This document shows positions 40,988 through 51,913 of a stretch of DNA of 64,000 nt, piece after piece; position 1 is the first letter of the stretch; each line of letters starts with the position of its first letter. The stretch lies in IMG/VR virus record IMGVR_UViG_3300034073_003542, positions 124,001-188,000 of that record, one strand, 5' to 3'. A program made the position numbers and the translations under genes. The notes under the pieces are model-generated. The model made no database searches, was not told the origin of the DNA, and saw only the letters and a program-made list of their open reading frames with translations.

Positions 40988-42005
40988 TTTCTTTTAGCAG
41001 AAAGTTATTGTTGATGACTTTAAAACTTATATCTGAATCTTTACTTCTAACAACTATCCCCTCTGCTTGTTGTTGTGGAGAAGCGTTTGGAAAGAAGTCT
41101 TTATATTTTATGTCGGATAAAGTAAATAGCTCATTAATTGTATATTTAAAATTATCTCCTTGTTCGATAATTGGAACAAATTTAAGTTCTATTCTCTTTA
41201 TAATATCTAACGCATCGTCAATTGGTAGCTTTTTATTTGTTTCAATATCTACAACGTTGAATATATAGATGTCTGGTTCTGTTACCTTCATCTTATTTCC
41301 TTGTATATTTCCAATTACCTCTCCCTGAATAGCTACTTTAAATCCATCTTGATGTAATTTTCTAAGCTTATTTTCTATGTCATACTTCTCGCTTAGTTTC
41401 CAGAACATATGGTCGGGTTTTTCTTTGTATGAATAATTTCGCCCACAAACATGATAATCTCCCGCTGCATCAATTAAAAATGTGGATGATGTACCATCCA
41501 GCTTTAATGATATATAGTATGGGCGACCCCAAAGAGCCTCGATAAAACGATACTTGTCGTTATTCTGAACTCTTTCTTCGTCTGTCTTAGAAATAGGCCA
41601 ACTAAATCCGCCCTTAACATCTCCTTGAATAGCTGTTGGTACTGGTGGTTCATATTTTTCTATTCCTAGAAACTCTGTAACATCAGCACCTTCAACCGCT
41701 AAACCTATTTCTGGGAATTTATCTATAGGCATAGCAACGCCTTGGGATAAGACTTTTTTTAATTTTATGCTCTTGAGTCTATACTTGTTGATACCATCAC
41801 GCCAGCAGGATTTTTTAAGAAATTCGTAGCGAGGCTCGTCTGGCAATAGGCTGTCTATCTCAAAAAACAAACAGAGGTCGTCTACATTAAATTCATCTTT
41901 CTTGACAACGCATTGCCAATCAAGAATCTTAGCAAGAACAATCTGATCTGCCACCTCAATAGGAAGAATTTCTTTGATTTTTTGTATTGATGCTAGCTGA
42001 CGCAT
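40980..42005 (-). CDS. ATP-dependent RNA ligase (DRB0094/Rnl2-like)
   Basis: RQLASIQKI...ADQI..A.ILDWQCVVKK, KLDGTS, VCGRN, IQGEV, EGIVVR, FKVINNNFLLK. Confidence 0.92.
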   Translation of the reverse strand: MRQLASIQKIKEILPIEVADQIVLAKILDWQCVVKKDEFNVDDLCLFFEIDSLLPDEPRYEFLKKSCWRDGINKYRLKSIKLKKVLSQGVAMPIDKFPEIGLAVEGADVTEFLGIEKYEPPVPTAIQGDVKGGFSWPISKTDEERVQNNDKYRFIEALWGRPYYISLKLDGTSSTFLIDAAGDYHVCGRNYSYKEKPDHMFWKLSEKYDIENKLRKLHQDGFKVAIQGEVIGNIQGNKMKVTEPDIYIFNVVDIETNKKLPIDDALDIIKRIELKFVPIIEQGDNFKYTINELFTLSDIKYKDFFPNASPQQQAEGIVVRSKDSDISFKVINNNFLLKENE

Positions 42006-42194
42006 TTTATTTCTTTCTTGTAAAATCCACCCAAAGCTCTTTTCCGACAGTAATTAGTAGAGCTAATGTAGTGAATAGATGAACTATTATAGCAAAAGCT
42101 ATTCTGTTTTTGTTTTCTAGAGTTTGTGGGATAGCTAAAAGAATTTGTCCAACGATATAGTTTATCAACAACAAATACGTTAGATATGACATTA

Positions 42195-42503
42195 TTAAAC
42201 TTCTACCTTATCTATAAAATCGCCCAATTCTCTCTTAAAAGCATTCCCAATATTCCTATTATAGTTGATAAGACGGATGTTCGCCCCAAAAAATTCTTCC
42301 CCCTGTTCCTTTAAAATCCGCCCAAGGCAATTCTCAATCCAAGATTTAGATACAGAATCAACATCCTTAAAATCAAGCTCAATATGCAATTCTGTGTCAA
42401 TTTCTTCCATCATAGACAGATAAAGCTCTTTACTCTGCTTAACGGATTTCAAAGTTTTTCCCTGTATTTCTTCCAATGGATAGTAAATTACTGGACCCTT
42501 CAT
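42195..42503 (-). CDS. STAS-like (DUF4325-like) domain protein
   Basis: IELDFKDVDSVSKSWIENCLGRI resembles STAS lDFxgV..isxSF. Confidence 0.6.
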   Translation of the reverse strand: MKGPVIYYPLEEIQGKTLKSVKQSKELYLSMMEEIDTELHIELDFKDVDSVSKSWIENCLGRILKEQGEEFFGANIRLINYNRNIGNAFKRELGDFIDKVEV

Positions 42504-44082
42504 TTTAGCTCCTGTTCTGCTTTGTTATATATAGGCTGGATTAATACCCATACTCCGTTCTCGTCTGATTTAACTTGTATATTATTTTTAGTATTTTGTA
42601 GTATTGCTAGTTTTTGACATTCGTATGAATATCCACACCAAATAGCAAATAAGATAACAGCAAATATCCCACTAATAATTACTGTTAGACAAATATTATC
42701 ATAATCTCTCATCTTCGATTAACCTTTCTTGCTGGATCGCGTATAGGAGTTTTTGCAATTTGTGGATTAGGAAGTTCTGTTGTAAATTTTGTAAAATGCC
42801 ATTGATTAATAGGATTATGATATTCTCCCCATCCTTGTTTATCGTATAAGTCTTGTATCTTTTCGTCAATTTCTTTTGATAGTTCTTTATATGATTTTGA
42901 TGGAAGTATCCAGCTAAAAATTGAACACATTCCTTCTCCAATACTTTGAAATCCCTTCATTATAGACATTATGATACTTCCTTCTCTGTTACATTAGTAA
43001 GTTTGGTTAAATAAACCTCAAAGATGTTAATATGGGAGTATTTAAAAATATGATTATCTAAAAGTTCAATTATAACACCTTCTCCTATACAATCTTTAGC
43101 AGATGAGAATTTTCCGCAAACTCTTGCTTTGCCCTCATAAATACATGGATGATTAACTTGTACAATATCTCCAAACTGTAGATTCAATAAACTATCCATC
43201 AAACACTTCTCCTCATACACAGGGTCTTTGTCTCGATTGTACCATAATCTTTGTGTTTGTCAAGCTTAGTCGAAAACGCCCCCAAAAACTATTTTTCTAA
43301 ATCCTCTTTCATCAAATGTATTTAAGTCCTCAAGATTTCTCTTAGCAAATAGACCATCCTCTTTGTCGATTTGTTCGCTCAATTCTTTTCGATATTGATT
43401 AATGTCGAAATCGCAATAATCTATAACGGTACATACAATTGACTGAGGTTTCTTTTCTTTCATTAGAACCATAATAACAGTCATTCTCTTAACTACTTTT
43501 CCTTCTTCGTATTCGCTTTCTTCTGTTTCTTTTATGATTTGTATATCGGAATTGTTATCATAATACGCTTGAGGAAAATGGCTATAATAATCTTTTCTAG
43601 GTTTACCATCTAGTATCGGATCATCTGTTTTTACTCCTACATCTATCCACGGTTCTATAATATGTTCTTTATTTGCTGAACACCCTCCACCTCCAATAGA
43701 AATTACTTCTCTATCTGCTTTGATATTAACCCACGCTTCTTTTACTGGCATTATAGTTGTGCGACCCCATATATGACCTATTTCGCACTCTCCTGTCACA
43801 TTTTGTGTACGATATACTTGTCCTATATGTTTGCCTCCAACTTTAATTTGACCGTAGGCTACATCTATATATCCAATTAGATATCCAAATAACAAAACTC
43901 CGACTGTTATTGTTAATATGAATAATAGAGTTTGCCAACGAGTTAATTCTTTTGGTTGTTTGATCATGATTTTTATAGTTTGTTAATTGTTCCTATAATA
44001 TGTAAATACATGATAACAAAAGGAAGTAGTATAAAAACTATTTGACCTATTATATCTAATATTTTGTAGATCATTTCTTTTC

Positions 44083-44110
44083 TTGACAAGTCTTAATTTG
44101 GTTTTATAAT
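44083..44110 (+). promoter_or_regulatory. sigma70-type promoter driving the inverted HNH gene
   Basis: TTGACA-N16-TATAAT on the + strand. Confidence 0.75.
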
Positions 44111-44156
44111 AAGGTGCCGCGATGTATGAGCAGATACTTCACGAATACTACCATAT

Positions 44157-44185
44157 ATTCTACCAGACACCCAGGGTTTTGTCAA
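44157..44185 (-). promoter_or_regulatory. sigma70-type promoter, face-to-face with the previous one
   Basis: TTGACA-N17-TAGAAT. Confidence 0.65.
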
Positions 44186-44230
44186 CTGCTCTTGACATTA
44201 TCTTGGGTTGTTTGTTTTTGGGATGTTAGG

Positions 44231-45076
44231 ATGAAAAAAACAAAGAAATGTAAACAGTGTGGAAAAAGAAAATCTATAGACAAATACTATAAACACAAGA
44301 CTTGTAAAGATGGATATAGAGATATTTGTAAGATATGTATTAATAAATTATCTAAAGAATATGTAGAGAAAAATAAAGAAAAAATTGCCCAACGACAAAA
44401 AAAATATAGAGAAAAAAATAAAGAAAAGCTTTCTCAACAAAGAAAAGACTATAGAGAGAAAAATAAAGAAAAGGTCAAAAAACAAAAACAGGCCAACTAT
44501 TTAAAACACAAAAATAAGACATTACAAAAAAGTAAAGAATATAAAGAAAAACTTAAAAAAGAAAATCCAGAAAAATTAAAATTATGGCGAAAAAATTATT
44601 GTATTAGACATAAAAATAAATTAAAAGAATATAAGCGAAACTATCACCAAAAAAACAAAGTAAAAATAAGAAATATAAGGAATAAATATAGAAAATATAA
44701 ATACGATTCAGATATTGGATATAGAATGCAAGAGAATATTAGGAGTAGAATGAGATATCTCTTGAAAGGATATTATAAAAGTAAAGCCACACTAGAATTA
44801 TTAGGATGTTCGGACGATCAACTTAAAAAACATCTAGAAAAACAATTTGAGCCAAGTATGACTTGGGATAATTACGGATATTATGGGTGGCATATTGACC
44901 ATATCAGACCATGTTCTAGTTTTGATTTATCTGATCTAGAACAACAAAAACAGTGCTTTCATTATACGAATTTACAGCCATTATGGGCAAAAGACAATTA
45001 TATTAAAGGTAATAAGATACCTATTTCTTCCAGTGATGATCTTCATGGCCTGCCATTAAACACCCATACGGAATAA
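44231..45076 (+). mobile_element. HNH homing endonuclease (inverted orientation)
   Basis: CKQC...CKIC, Lys-rich helical repeats, WHIDHIRPC...CFHYTNLQPLWAKDN; start placed at MKKTKK. Confidence 0.85.
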
Positions 45077-46409
45077 TTTCATCCACTATATTTCCAAGAT
45101 TAAATTTTTGGATTTGGTTCTTTACTTTTTCAGCATTTTTATAAGCAGATGGAAGTTCTGTTATATCCATTTTTCCTGTGTAGAATCTTACATCTAGACC
45201 CCTAGTATCTTCATCAAACAATTCATATCCTGTTTTGTTTTGTAGAGATATTTTAGTGTATTCAGTTCTACTCATTTCGCGGCCAGCACCATGACTTGTA
45301 AAACCTAAATTAGTTTCGGTTTCTTCTCCATTAACAATAAGAATACCATCTCTCATATTAAGAGGTATTAATCTTAGACCATTAGTTGAGTCAGGAACAA
45401 ATTCATTTAATAATGGTGTTGCTCCTTTGGCATGGATGTAAGTATTATCTTTTTTAAACACAAAATTATGTTCATTCCAATAATTGTCATGTATATTTAC
45501 ATTAATTTTACTAGCAATTTCCGTATGAATAAGCGTATGATTTAGCTTTGTCCATTCTCTAACTACTTGTAAAGCGTTCCAATATGTAACACCTTCTTCT
45601 GTGTCCATTGGAATCCAGCCTAAATTATCATTAACGTTTGGAGCTATTTCTTTACGAAACTTCTCAGCTATGTCATTTCCCTTCTTGAATAATAAAGCTC
45701 CGAAAGAGCGACTGCCATGATGAGTAACTAATACTGTTTCTCCAGAGCTTTTTAAGTAGCCTACAAATAGGAAATGGTTGCCGTTTCCTTGAGTTCTTAA
45801 ATCTTTTTGGGCTTTATCTAGACTTTTTTCTCCAGATAAATATAGATTGTTAAGAATATCGTTCTTTAAAGGTTCTGGTATAATATCTTTTGGATTTTGT
45901 CTTCCACCAGCACCAAAATGTGTTATTTTTTCTGCTTTATCTAGGACAATTTTTGGATCTATTTTTCCTAGATTAGAAAACATAACTGAACAACATACGT
46001 CGGCACTGTGAAATTTTGGGTGGATTGCATTTAAAGTTTGTATGACTCCACCCACAGGAATATCAAACTCGCCCGTAGGGCAAGCGTCAGGCATCACAGC
46101 AGCATTTATAGCGGTTGGAGCCACCAAAATATTGTGCATAGCCCGCGTGACCGAAAACATATTGTTAACTTCGGCCTCATTTTTTGGGTCGATTTCTATA
46201 TTGCAATGAAAATTGATTGGTTCATCCCTTGGTTCCATTGTTTTTGGTGGAAGAGGAACAAAACGTGTCTGAATTTCGTTATACAGATTTTCTTCGCTGT
46301 ACTTGTCTCGATTTTGATTTGCCCACTCAATAGCTGACTTAAACCATTTCCCAGGGGTAAAACCCATACTGATTAAAGATTGACCAGTAATTGACATCAT
46401 ACACCTCAC
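45021..46409 (-). CDS. rtcB: RtcB-family RNA 2',3'-cyclic phosphate ligase
   Basis: VMPDACP, IPVGG, ADVCC, GNGNHF, THHGSR, HN, HAKGATP, SHGAGR.MSR, ELPSAYK. Confidence 0.93.
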   Translation of the reverse strand: MRCMMSITGQSLISMGFTPGKWFKSAIEWANQNRDKYSEENLYNEIQTRFVPLPPKTMEPRDEPINFHCNIEIDPKNEAEVNNMFSVTRAMHNILVAPTAINAAVMPDACPTGEFDIPVGGVIQTLNAIHPKFHSADVCCSVMFSNLGKIDPKIVLDKAEKITHFGAGGRQNPKDIIPEPLKNDILNNLYLSGEKSLDKAQKDLRTQGNGNHFLFVGYLKSSGETVLVTHHGSRSFGALLFKKGNDIAEKFRKEIAPNVNDNLGWIPMDTEEGVTYWNALQVVREWTKLNHTLIHTEIASKINVNIHDNYWNEHNFVFKKDNTYIHAKGATPLLNEFVPDSTNGLRLIPLNMRDGILIVNGEETETNLGFTSHGAGREMSRTEYTKISLQNKTGYELFDEDTRGLDVRFYTGKMDITELPSAYKNAEKVKNQIQKFNLGNIVDEIIPYGCLMAGHEDHHWKK

Positions 46410-46446
46410 TTAAACACAACCGAGCCAGGATTCGACACGATATCCT

Positions 46447-46474
46447 ATTATATCGGAATGGATGTGTCTGTCAA
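46447..46474 (-). promoter_or_regulatory. sigma70-type promoter of rtcB
   Basis: TTGACA-N16-TATAAT. Confidence 0.8.
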
Positions 46475-48170
46475 TCTACGAGTTTTTTCTCGGTGATTAT
46501 TACTCGTATGGGTGCTGGCCTATATTGTATAACAGTTGGTACTTCAAACATACCTGGCCTATATGCGTTCATATCGTAAACTTCAACTTCTCCAGTTTCA
46601 GTATTACAATAAGTGCAGTAATTTATAGGAACACCTTCTGCATCAAACAATATAGTTGGTTGACCAACCGTATTTTCAAGTGTTAGAATCATGATTATTT
46701 TCTAAATATGATTCCATAATCTTAGAAAACTCTTCTGGTTCTTCCTTAAATAGCCACATTAGCCAATCGGGCAATCTTTGGTCTTTTGGTTTATGTCGTA
46801 GCATACGACGCCACAATTCTGCTCCAATTTGGATCAAACGAGGTTCATCCTCTACCCTATCTGCAAATGAATAAATCGTGGCGAGTTCTTCTTCATCAAA
46901 ACATTCTAGGGAATGGAATGAAATTACTTCAAGAACCCCCTTAGCAATCTCCTGGCATAAAACAGGGAATGTCAAAGCATGAGCCGATACTTTTGGTTGA
47001 TCTTCTTCGTATTCTACTTTTTCGCTACCAACAGCAGGAATAATTCCCATCATGCTCATCATTGCAGAATAATCTGTTACATAATAAGAAAGAAGCGACT
47101 CTAAGGTAAGATGAGAATATATAGTAGGTAAATCCTTATTAAGCTCTTTTAGTTCCTCACTAACCAAATGGTGCATACTGATATAAATATGCGTGGATGC
47201 ACCTTGAAGGATTGCATTTATCAAAATTCGTTTGTGAATTTCGTCTTTTATATACTGAGGAAGTTCTTCATAAGACTTAGTTGGCTCAGGAGTATTATTC
47301 AATTCTACTTGAGCGTTTTCATTAAGCTGTGCTTCGATATTGATTTCATCTAAATCAAACTCAAGACATTCGCTCACAGCTTTTTTGGCTAATTCTTGTA
47401 ACGCTTGAGTGTGCGGGCGTTCTGCTCTTGGTAATTTGTCTCTCAACCCTCCTCCACCAAGATAATCTAGTTTTTGGTATCTCTCTACTAGATATTCGTA
47501 TCCATCACAAAACAAATCTTTTCCAAAAAATACCATATGAGGATTGTAACAATATACATGATCCTTATGGGATTTTAACTGACTCCAGAAATTTAGCAGA
47601 CTATTGTTCATCGTCATACACTTCGTACAGTTTGGATTAGTGATTTGAGTATCATTCTACTACAGCTTCTTCTTTTGTCAATGCTTGTGCGTTAGCATGA
47701 GGATATTCTAGCTGAAACTTTCTATAGTATTTCTTTAGTTCATAATCATCAGAACTATCTTTAGCTACATTCTGTTTAGCCCAATATTCTTCGGCATCCA
47801 TCCATCTTTCCTTCAAAACGTCACACACATAACAATACATAGTTTTAGGATCAGTCATTATGATTGGTTCTGCTTCCGGCCAACGTCCCCCAATAATGAA
47901 TGTCGCATATACAGCCAAGTTGTATGGCTTAGTATTATTGTAAAGAATAGTTTGTTCGGCTTCTTCCCATCTTGATTCAATATAAAAGATAGAATAAGCA
48001 AGTAGAAGATCGGCTCGGCCAGATGCTAAAATCTTTTTGCGTAATTCTGGAGAGTCTTGCGTAGAATAATATTCGAGACACTTCAAAAATTCTTTGTGTG
48101 TAGCTTCTTTAATAGCGAGATCAATGTCAGTAAACTTTGGTACGTATTTCTCAAACATCATACACCTTTC

Positions 48171-48195
48171 TTTTGCGATACTTTTCTAAAGTATC
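48171..48195. repeat. 25-bp palindrome-containing element, copy 1
   Basis: TTTTGCGATACTTTTCTAAAGTATC, identical at 61966..61990. Confidence 0.8.
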
Positions 48196-48307
48196 AGTTC
48201 TTTGGTTCTGGAAGTTTTGCTGGTTGCGGTGGATTAAATGGCGACTCTGTTTTATCTGGAGATTTAGTAGGAGTAGTTGTAGGTGTTGTTGTTGGAGCAG
48301 TTGTCAT
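48194..48307 (-). CDS. 37-aa Thr/Pro-rich micro-ORF
   Basis: MTTAPTTTPTTTPTKSPDKTESPFNPPQPAKLPEPKN; fills the gap between ORFs, with purine-rich AAGGA upstream. Confidence 0.5.
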   Translation of the reverse strand: MTTAPTTTPTTTPTKSPDKTESPFNPPQPAKLPEPKN

Positions 48308-49660
48308 TGTTATTCCTTAAAAAGAGATTCTAAAATTTCGATCAGTTCAGCCTTGAGAGTATCAACTGAGCGGTCATCAGTATCCATGAATTGTCCCACA
48401 CTATTATTCTTAATAGAGAATTGATAGAGAGGCTTACCTTCTTTCCAAACGGCATAGATATCATCATGAATATAGTATGAGTAGTATGTTCCTACTGGAT
48501 TTGCCGTACACCACTTAGTATCCTTACCAATAACGCAATACTTTAGGTGCTGCAATTCCTTTTCTTCTTCTGTTGGATTTGGTTGAAGTTTGGCTACTTT
48601 GAAAACCTTATATATTTTATCTTCATAAGCAACATCAATTTTGGTTCCCTTTGGGAGAGTACCATCGGTCTTCATTTTAATCCACTGATTTTTGCTGGTT
48701 TGCTTAATTTCCAGCATAGTTGCTTGCAATTGATCATGTGATAATCCTAATTGAGTAGGAGTAGCTTCGTTAAGCTTATCGTAGCCCTTTTCTTCATAGA
48801 GATGTTTATTTTCTCGGAAAAATTTTGCTGTATCAATAGCAGCTTCAATATCTTCGATATAAGCATTGGGTTTAGTAGTAAGATAACCCAAAACATAGTC
48901 GATATAATATTGCTGATGCTTTTCGTTAGAGACTTTGCTCTCAATTGAGCAAATAATATCCTTCTTTAATTTTTCTAGTTGTGGATGAAATTCACGATTT
49001 CCTGCGACCATTCCCAAATAAGATTCTTGGGTGAATTCTTCTTTTTTACCTTTGAGTCGCTTAATTGTTTCTGCAAACTTTTCTTCAAGATTCATCATAC
49101 ACTCCGTTTGAGTTGGCTTCCCGTGCTTTGTCTCAATTGTACCACAACCAAACTATCTGTCAATCGCCCAATTCATTTTCTTGAATAGGCCCAAAAACAT
49201 CAGCAAAAGTAAATCCTTCTAAATGGGTAAATAGTGATGGAATGTTATACATAGGTATTTTAATAGTAAATGACAGATCCATTCCGTCTGGTGGATCATT
49301 TGTTGTCCAGCTAATATTTGTTACTTGTTGATCTAAAATAAACTTTTTTAGAGCTATTCGTTTTTTCTTACGGTCCTTAAAATATCTACGAATCATTGGA
49401 ACAAGTTGTGGGCTTTTTGGGTCCAAGCAATACTAAAAGAAAAACAATCTCTACTAATTCTTAAATCTATAAGATTCATTTCTATCGCTAGTCCTGCTTT
49501 TTTCTGGTTACAAAATTTTGTTAAAAGGTCTTGATGATTTATTTCTGGAGATTTATATATCTCGCGTAATATTTCTATTACATATTTCTTTTCATTAAAA
49601 TATTCTTCAATCATATTATCTCTATTATAATGTGGTGTATTTATAACAAAGGAGAAAATT

Positions 49661-49993
49661 ATGTGTGATAATAGTTACCCAATATGTTCTACTATTTTAC
49701 CTATTCCACCTATAGAGGTGTTTGAAAAAGCTATTGATCCTTCTGATCGGCACTTTTTAACCAGTTATCCTCATGCTACATTTTTTAGAGACATTGGTCA
49801 ATTTAATCACTGGTTTTATGAATACAAAATAGATTCCCTAGAAATTTATCAACCTATGATTATGCCACCCTTTGTTATTCCTGTTGTTTTATCTCCGCAT
49901 CCTGTTCCAGAACCTTCTTTATTTATGGTGGCTCCTATTGTCTTTCTAAGTATTTTTGGGGGCAGATTTCTACTAAAATCCATACGGATATAA
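49661..49993 (+). CDS. PEP-CTERM sorting-domain protein (no obvious signal peptide)
   Basis: C-terminal PVPEPSLFMVAPIVFLSIFGGRFLLKSIRI; RBS AAGGAG. Confidence 0.7.
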   Translation: MCDNSYPICSTILPIPPIEVFEKAIDPSDRHFLTSYPHATFFRDIGQFNHWFYEYKIDSLEIYQPMIMPPFVIPVVLSPHPVPEPSLFMVAPIVFLSIFGGRFLLKSIRI

Positions 49994-49997
49994 CCGT

Positions 49998-50025
49998 ATT
50001 GTATCAGACCTGGGCGATCTGTCAA
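49998..50025 (-). promoter_or_regulatory. sigma70-type promoter firing antisense across ORF 49661..49993
   Basis: TTGACA-N16-TACAAT. Confidence 0.7.
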
Positions 50026-50714
50026 GTTCTATTCTTTGTCTTATAATATAGAATAAGACCCAATGGTATAATTCCATAGATTAAAATATTTAACGATGGC
50101 TCTGGAACTATAACCCAAGATATAGTTGATGCAATATTGCTGCTAATATTTAATCCATTACTTCCTTGTCTTATATCGTTAATAATGAAACTAAATGTAT
50201 AGTTTGTTCCTCCTAATAGGGGAAATACGATATTGCTATTGTTGTTTAATGTTTGAGAATCTCCATAGTTATTTTGAACTGTTAGACCATTAATTCCGGT
50301 ATTACTTCCAGATATTTCTCTTGCGTATGATACCAAAAATTCTCCATCATAAATAGGAATAAAAGAATATGACCATACTAAATTATTAGATACTCTAGCT
50401 AATGTACCTGACCCGTTTGTATTGCTACTCCAACCATATTCAATATTGATATTTCCAGTAATTTCGTTTATAATATCTGACTCAAGATTAATATATGACG
50501 TAGTTGTTCTAGCTCCAGAAGTTAGTTGAGCAAATGTTGCAATATCTGTAGGATTTGATAGGGAGGAATTATTGCTAACAAAAGTATTTGATAATTGAGT
50601 AACCGATGAAGATATTGTTGAATTAGAAGTCGATCCAGGCAAAAGAATAGAAGAATAGCCATATTGAGATAGGGCTAGAAAAATAGACAAAAAAAGAATC
50701 GTTGTTTTTAGCAT
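50022..50714 (-). CDS. Secreted Ser/Thr/Asn-rich PEP-CTERM protein
   Basis: Signal peptide; C-terminal IVPEPS, then TM helix, then KTKNR. Confidence 0.85.
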   Translation of the reverse strand: MLKTTILFLSIFLALSQYGYSSILLPGSTSNSTISSSVTQLSNTFVSNNSSLSNPTDIATFAQLTSGARTTTSYINLESDIINEITGNINIEYGWSSNTNGSGTLARVSNNLVWSYSFIPIYDGEFLVSYAREISGSNTGINGLTVQNNYGDSQTLNNNSNIVFPLLGGTNYTFSFIINDIRQGSNGLNISSNIASTISWVIVPEPSLNILIYGIIPLGLILYYKTKNRT

Positions 50715-51783
50715 TTTAGGTAGGATTTTGTTAAAGGTAGGAAGCGTATAATTAACTTATACACCAATTTGTTTATATTCCAGCTTTGGAATCAGTTCAT
50801 TGGTTTCCGAGGCAATTGTCTCGATTGATATTTTTAAGACTTTGTTAGTGTTTGGATTTTCTGTGTTAGCTATATTTACGATCTTTTGAATTGCTTCTAT
50901 AATCTTATTGCCGTCAAGATTTTTATTAAGAGAGAAATAAGTAGTAGTCAATCCTCTTCTCCTAAATCTCGTAGTCTTTCTCCTGTTTCTGGATGACAAT
51001 ATAGGTTTCCTATATATTCACCATAAATTTTTTCTGATCCAGAAATATGTTTTCCCATCCATAATGATCCCTCAATTTCGCCACCTAGTGATCTGATAAA
51101 TTCCGCAACTTTATCGTAACAGCTTTCACATAAATCGCATGAGTGTGTTTGACAATCTTTGTTAGATGAAAATCCCCAAGAAGCAAACATTGAACAATAT
51201 TCAACATTTCCAAATTCGTCTACGCAACTATTTTTGCAGACATTACAGATAACGTCTGTGACTGTTTCTATTTGTTTTTGTCCGAAGGTTTTCATTTGCC
51301 CTTTGTTCTAATTGCTATGAACAAATCTAGTAGTTTCGATAAAAATTTCATGGTGAGCTAAATATAACGAATAATAGGAGAGCTATCACGAATGTTATTA
51401 TTTGGGCTTCTTGCATTATTTTGTCTCGGGCGGTTTATATCCGCATGTCCAGTTTTCTACTCCTGCATCAATTAAAGATTGTGTTTCTTTGTCTTTTTCT
51501 GAGATAGTATAACCCTTAGTTTCTTTAGAAGTTCTGACAAATTCTTCATCCCATGATCCAACGGGACCATCACCAATCAAAGATTTCCATTCATCTATTT
51601 TTTTTTGTGAAAGAGGCGGGACATAATGAAATCTCTTATCTTTTAGTTCTAATTCCGTTAGAGTTTCCAATAGCTTTTTTTCTATAGTTGGCTCTACTTT
51701 TTCAAAAGATTCCATATATCCTTTTAGCCAATAACAGAAATTTTCCGGCGTCATCTAATATGTCCTTTTATAAAGTAAAAATA

Positions 51784-51855
51784 AGACCGCAGTTGGAATC
51801 GAACCAACAAATGCTGTTTTGCAGACAGCCACCAACGCCAATTGATTTTGCGGCC
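51784..51855 (-). tRNA. tRNA-Cys(GCA)
   Basis: GGCCGCA/TGCGGTC acceptor stem, GCTGT-CTGCAAA-ACAGC anticodon arm, GTTGG-TTCGATT-CCAAC T-arm, U73 discriminator; no encoded CCA; promoter at 51882..51909. Confidence 0.92.
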
Positions 51856-51913
51856 AGACCGGCGAACGTCCTAGCAATTCTATATTACACCAATTTGCCG
51901 GTTTGTCAATGGT

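Noticed and set aside
36695-45076. Group I introns or inteins hosting the LAGLIDADG/HNH genes
   Set aside because: The flanking phosphoesterase, RNA ligase, tdk and rtcB ORFs appear complete, and I saw no group I core (P7) motifs or intein splice residues.
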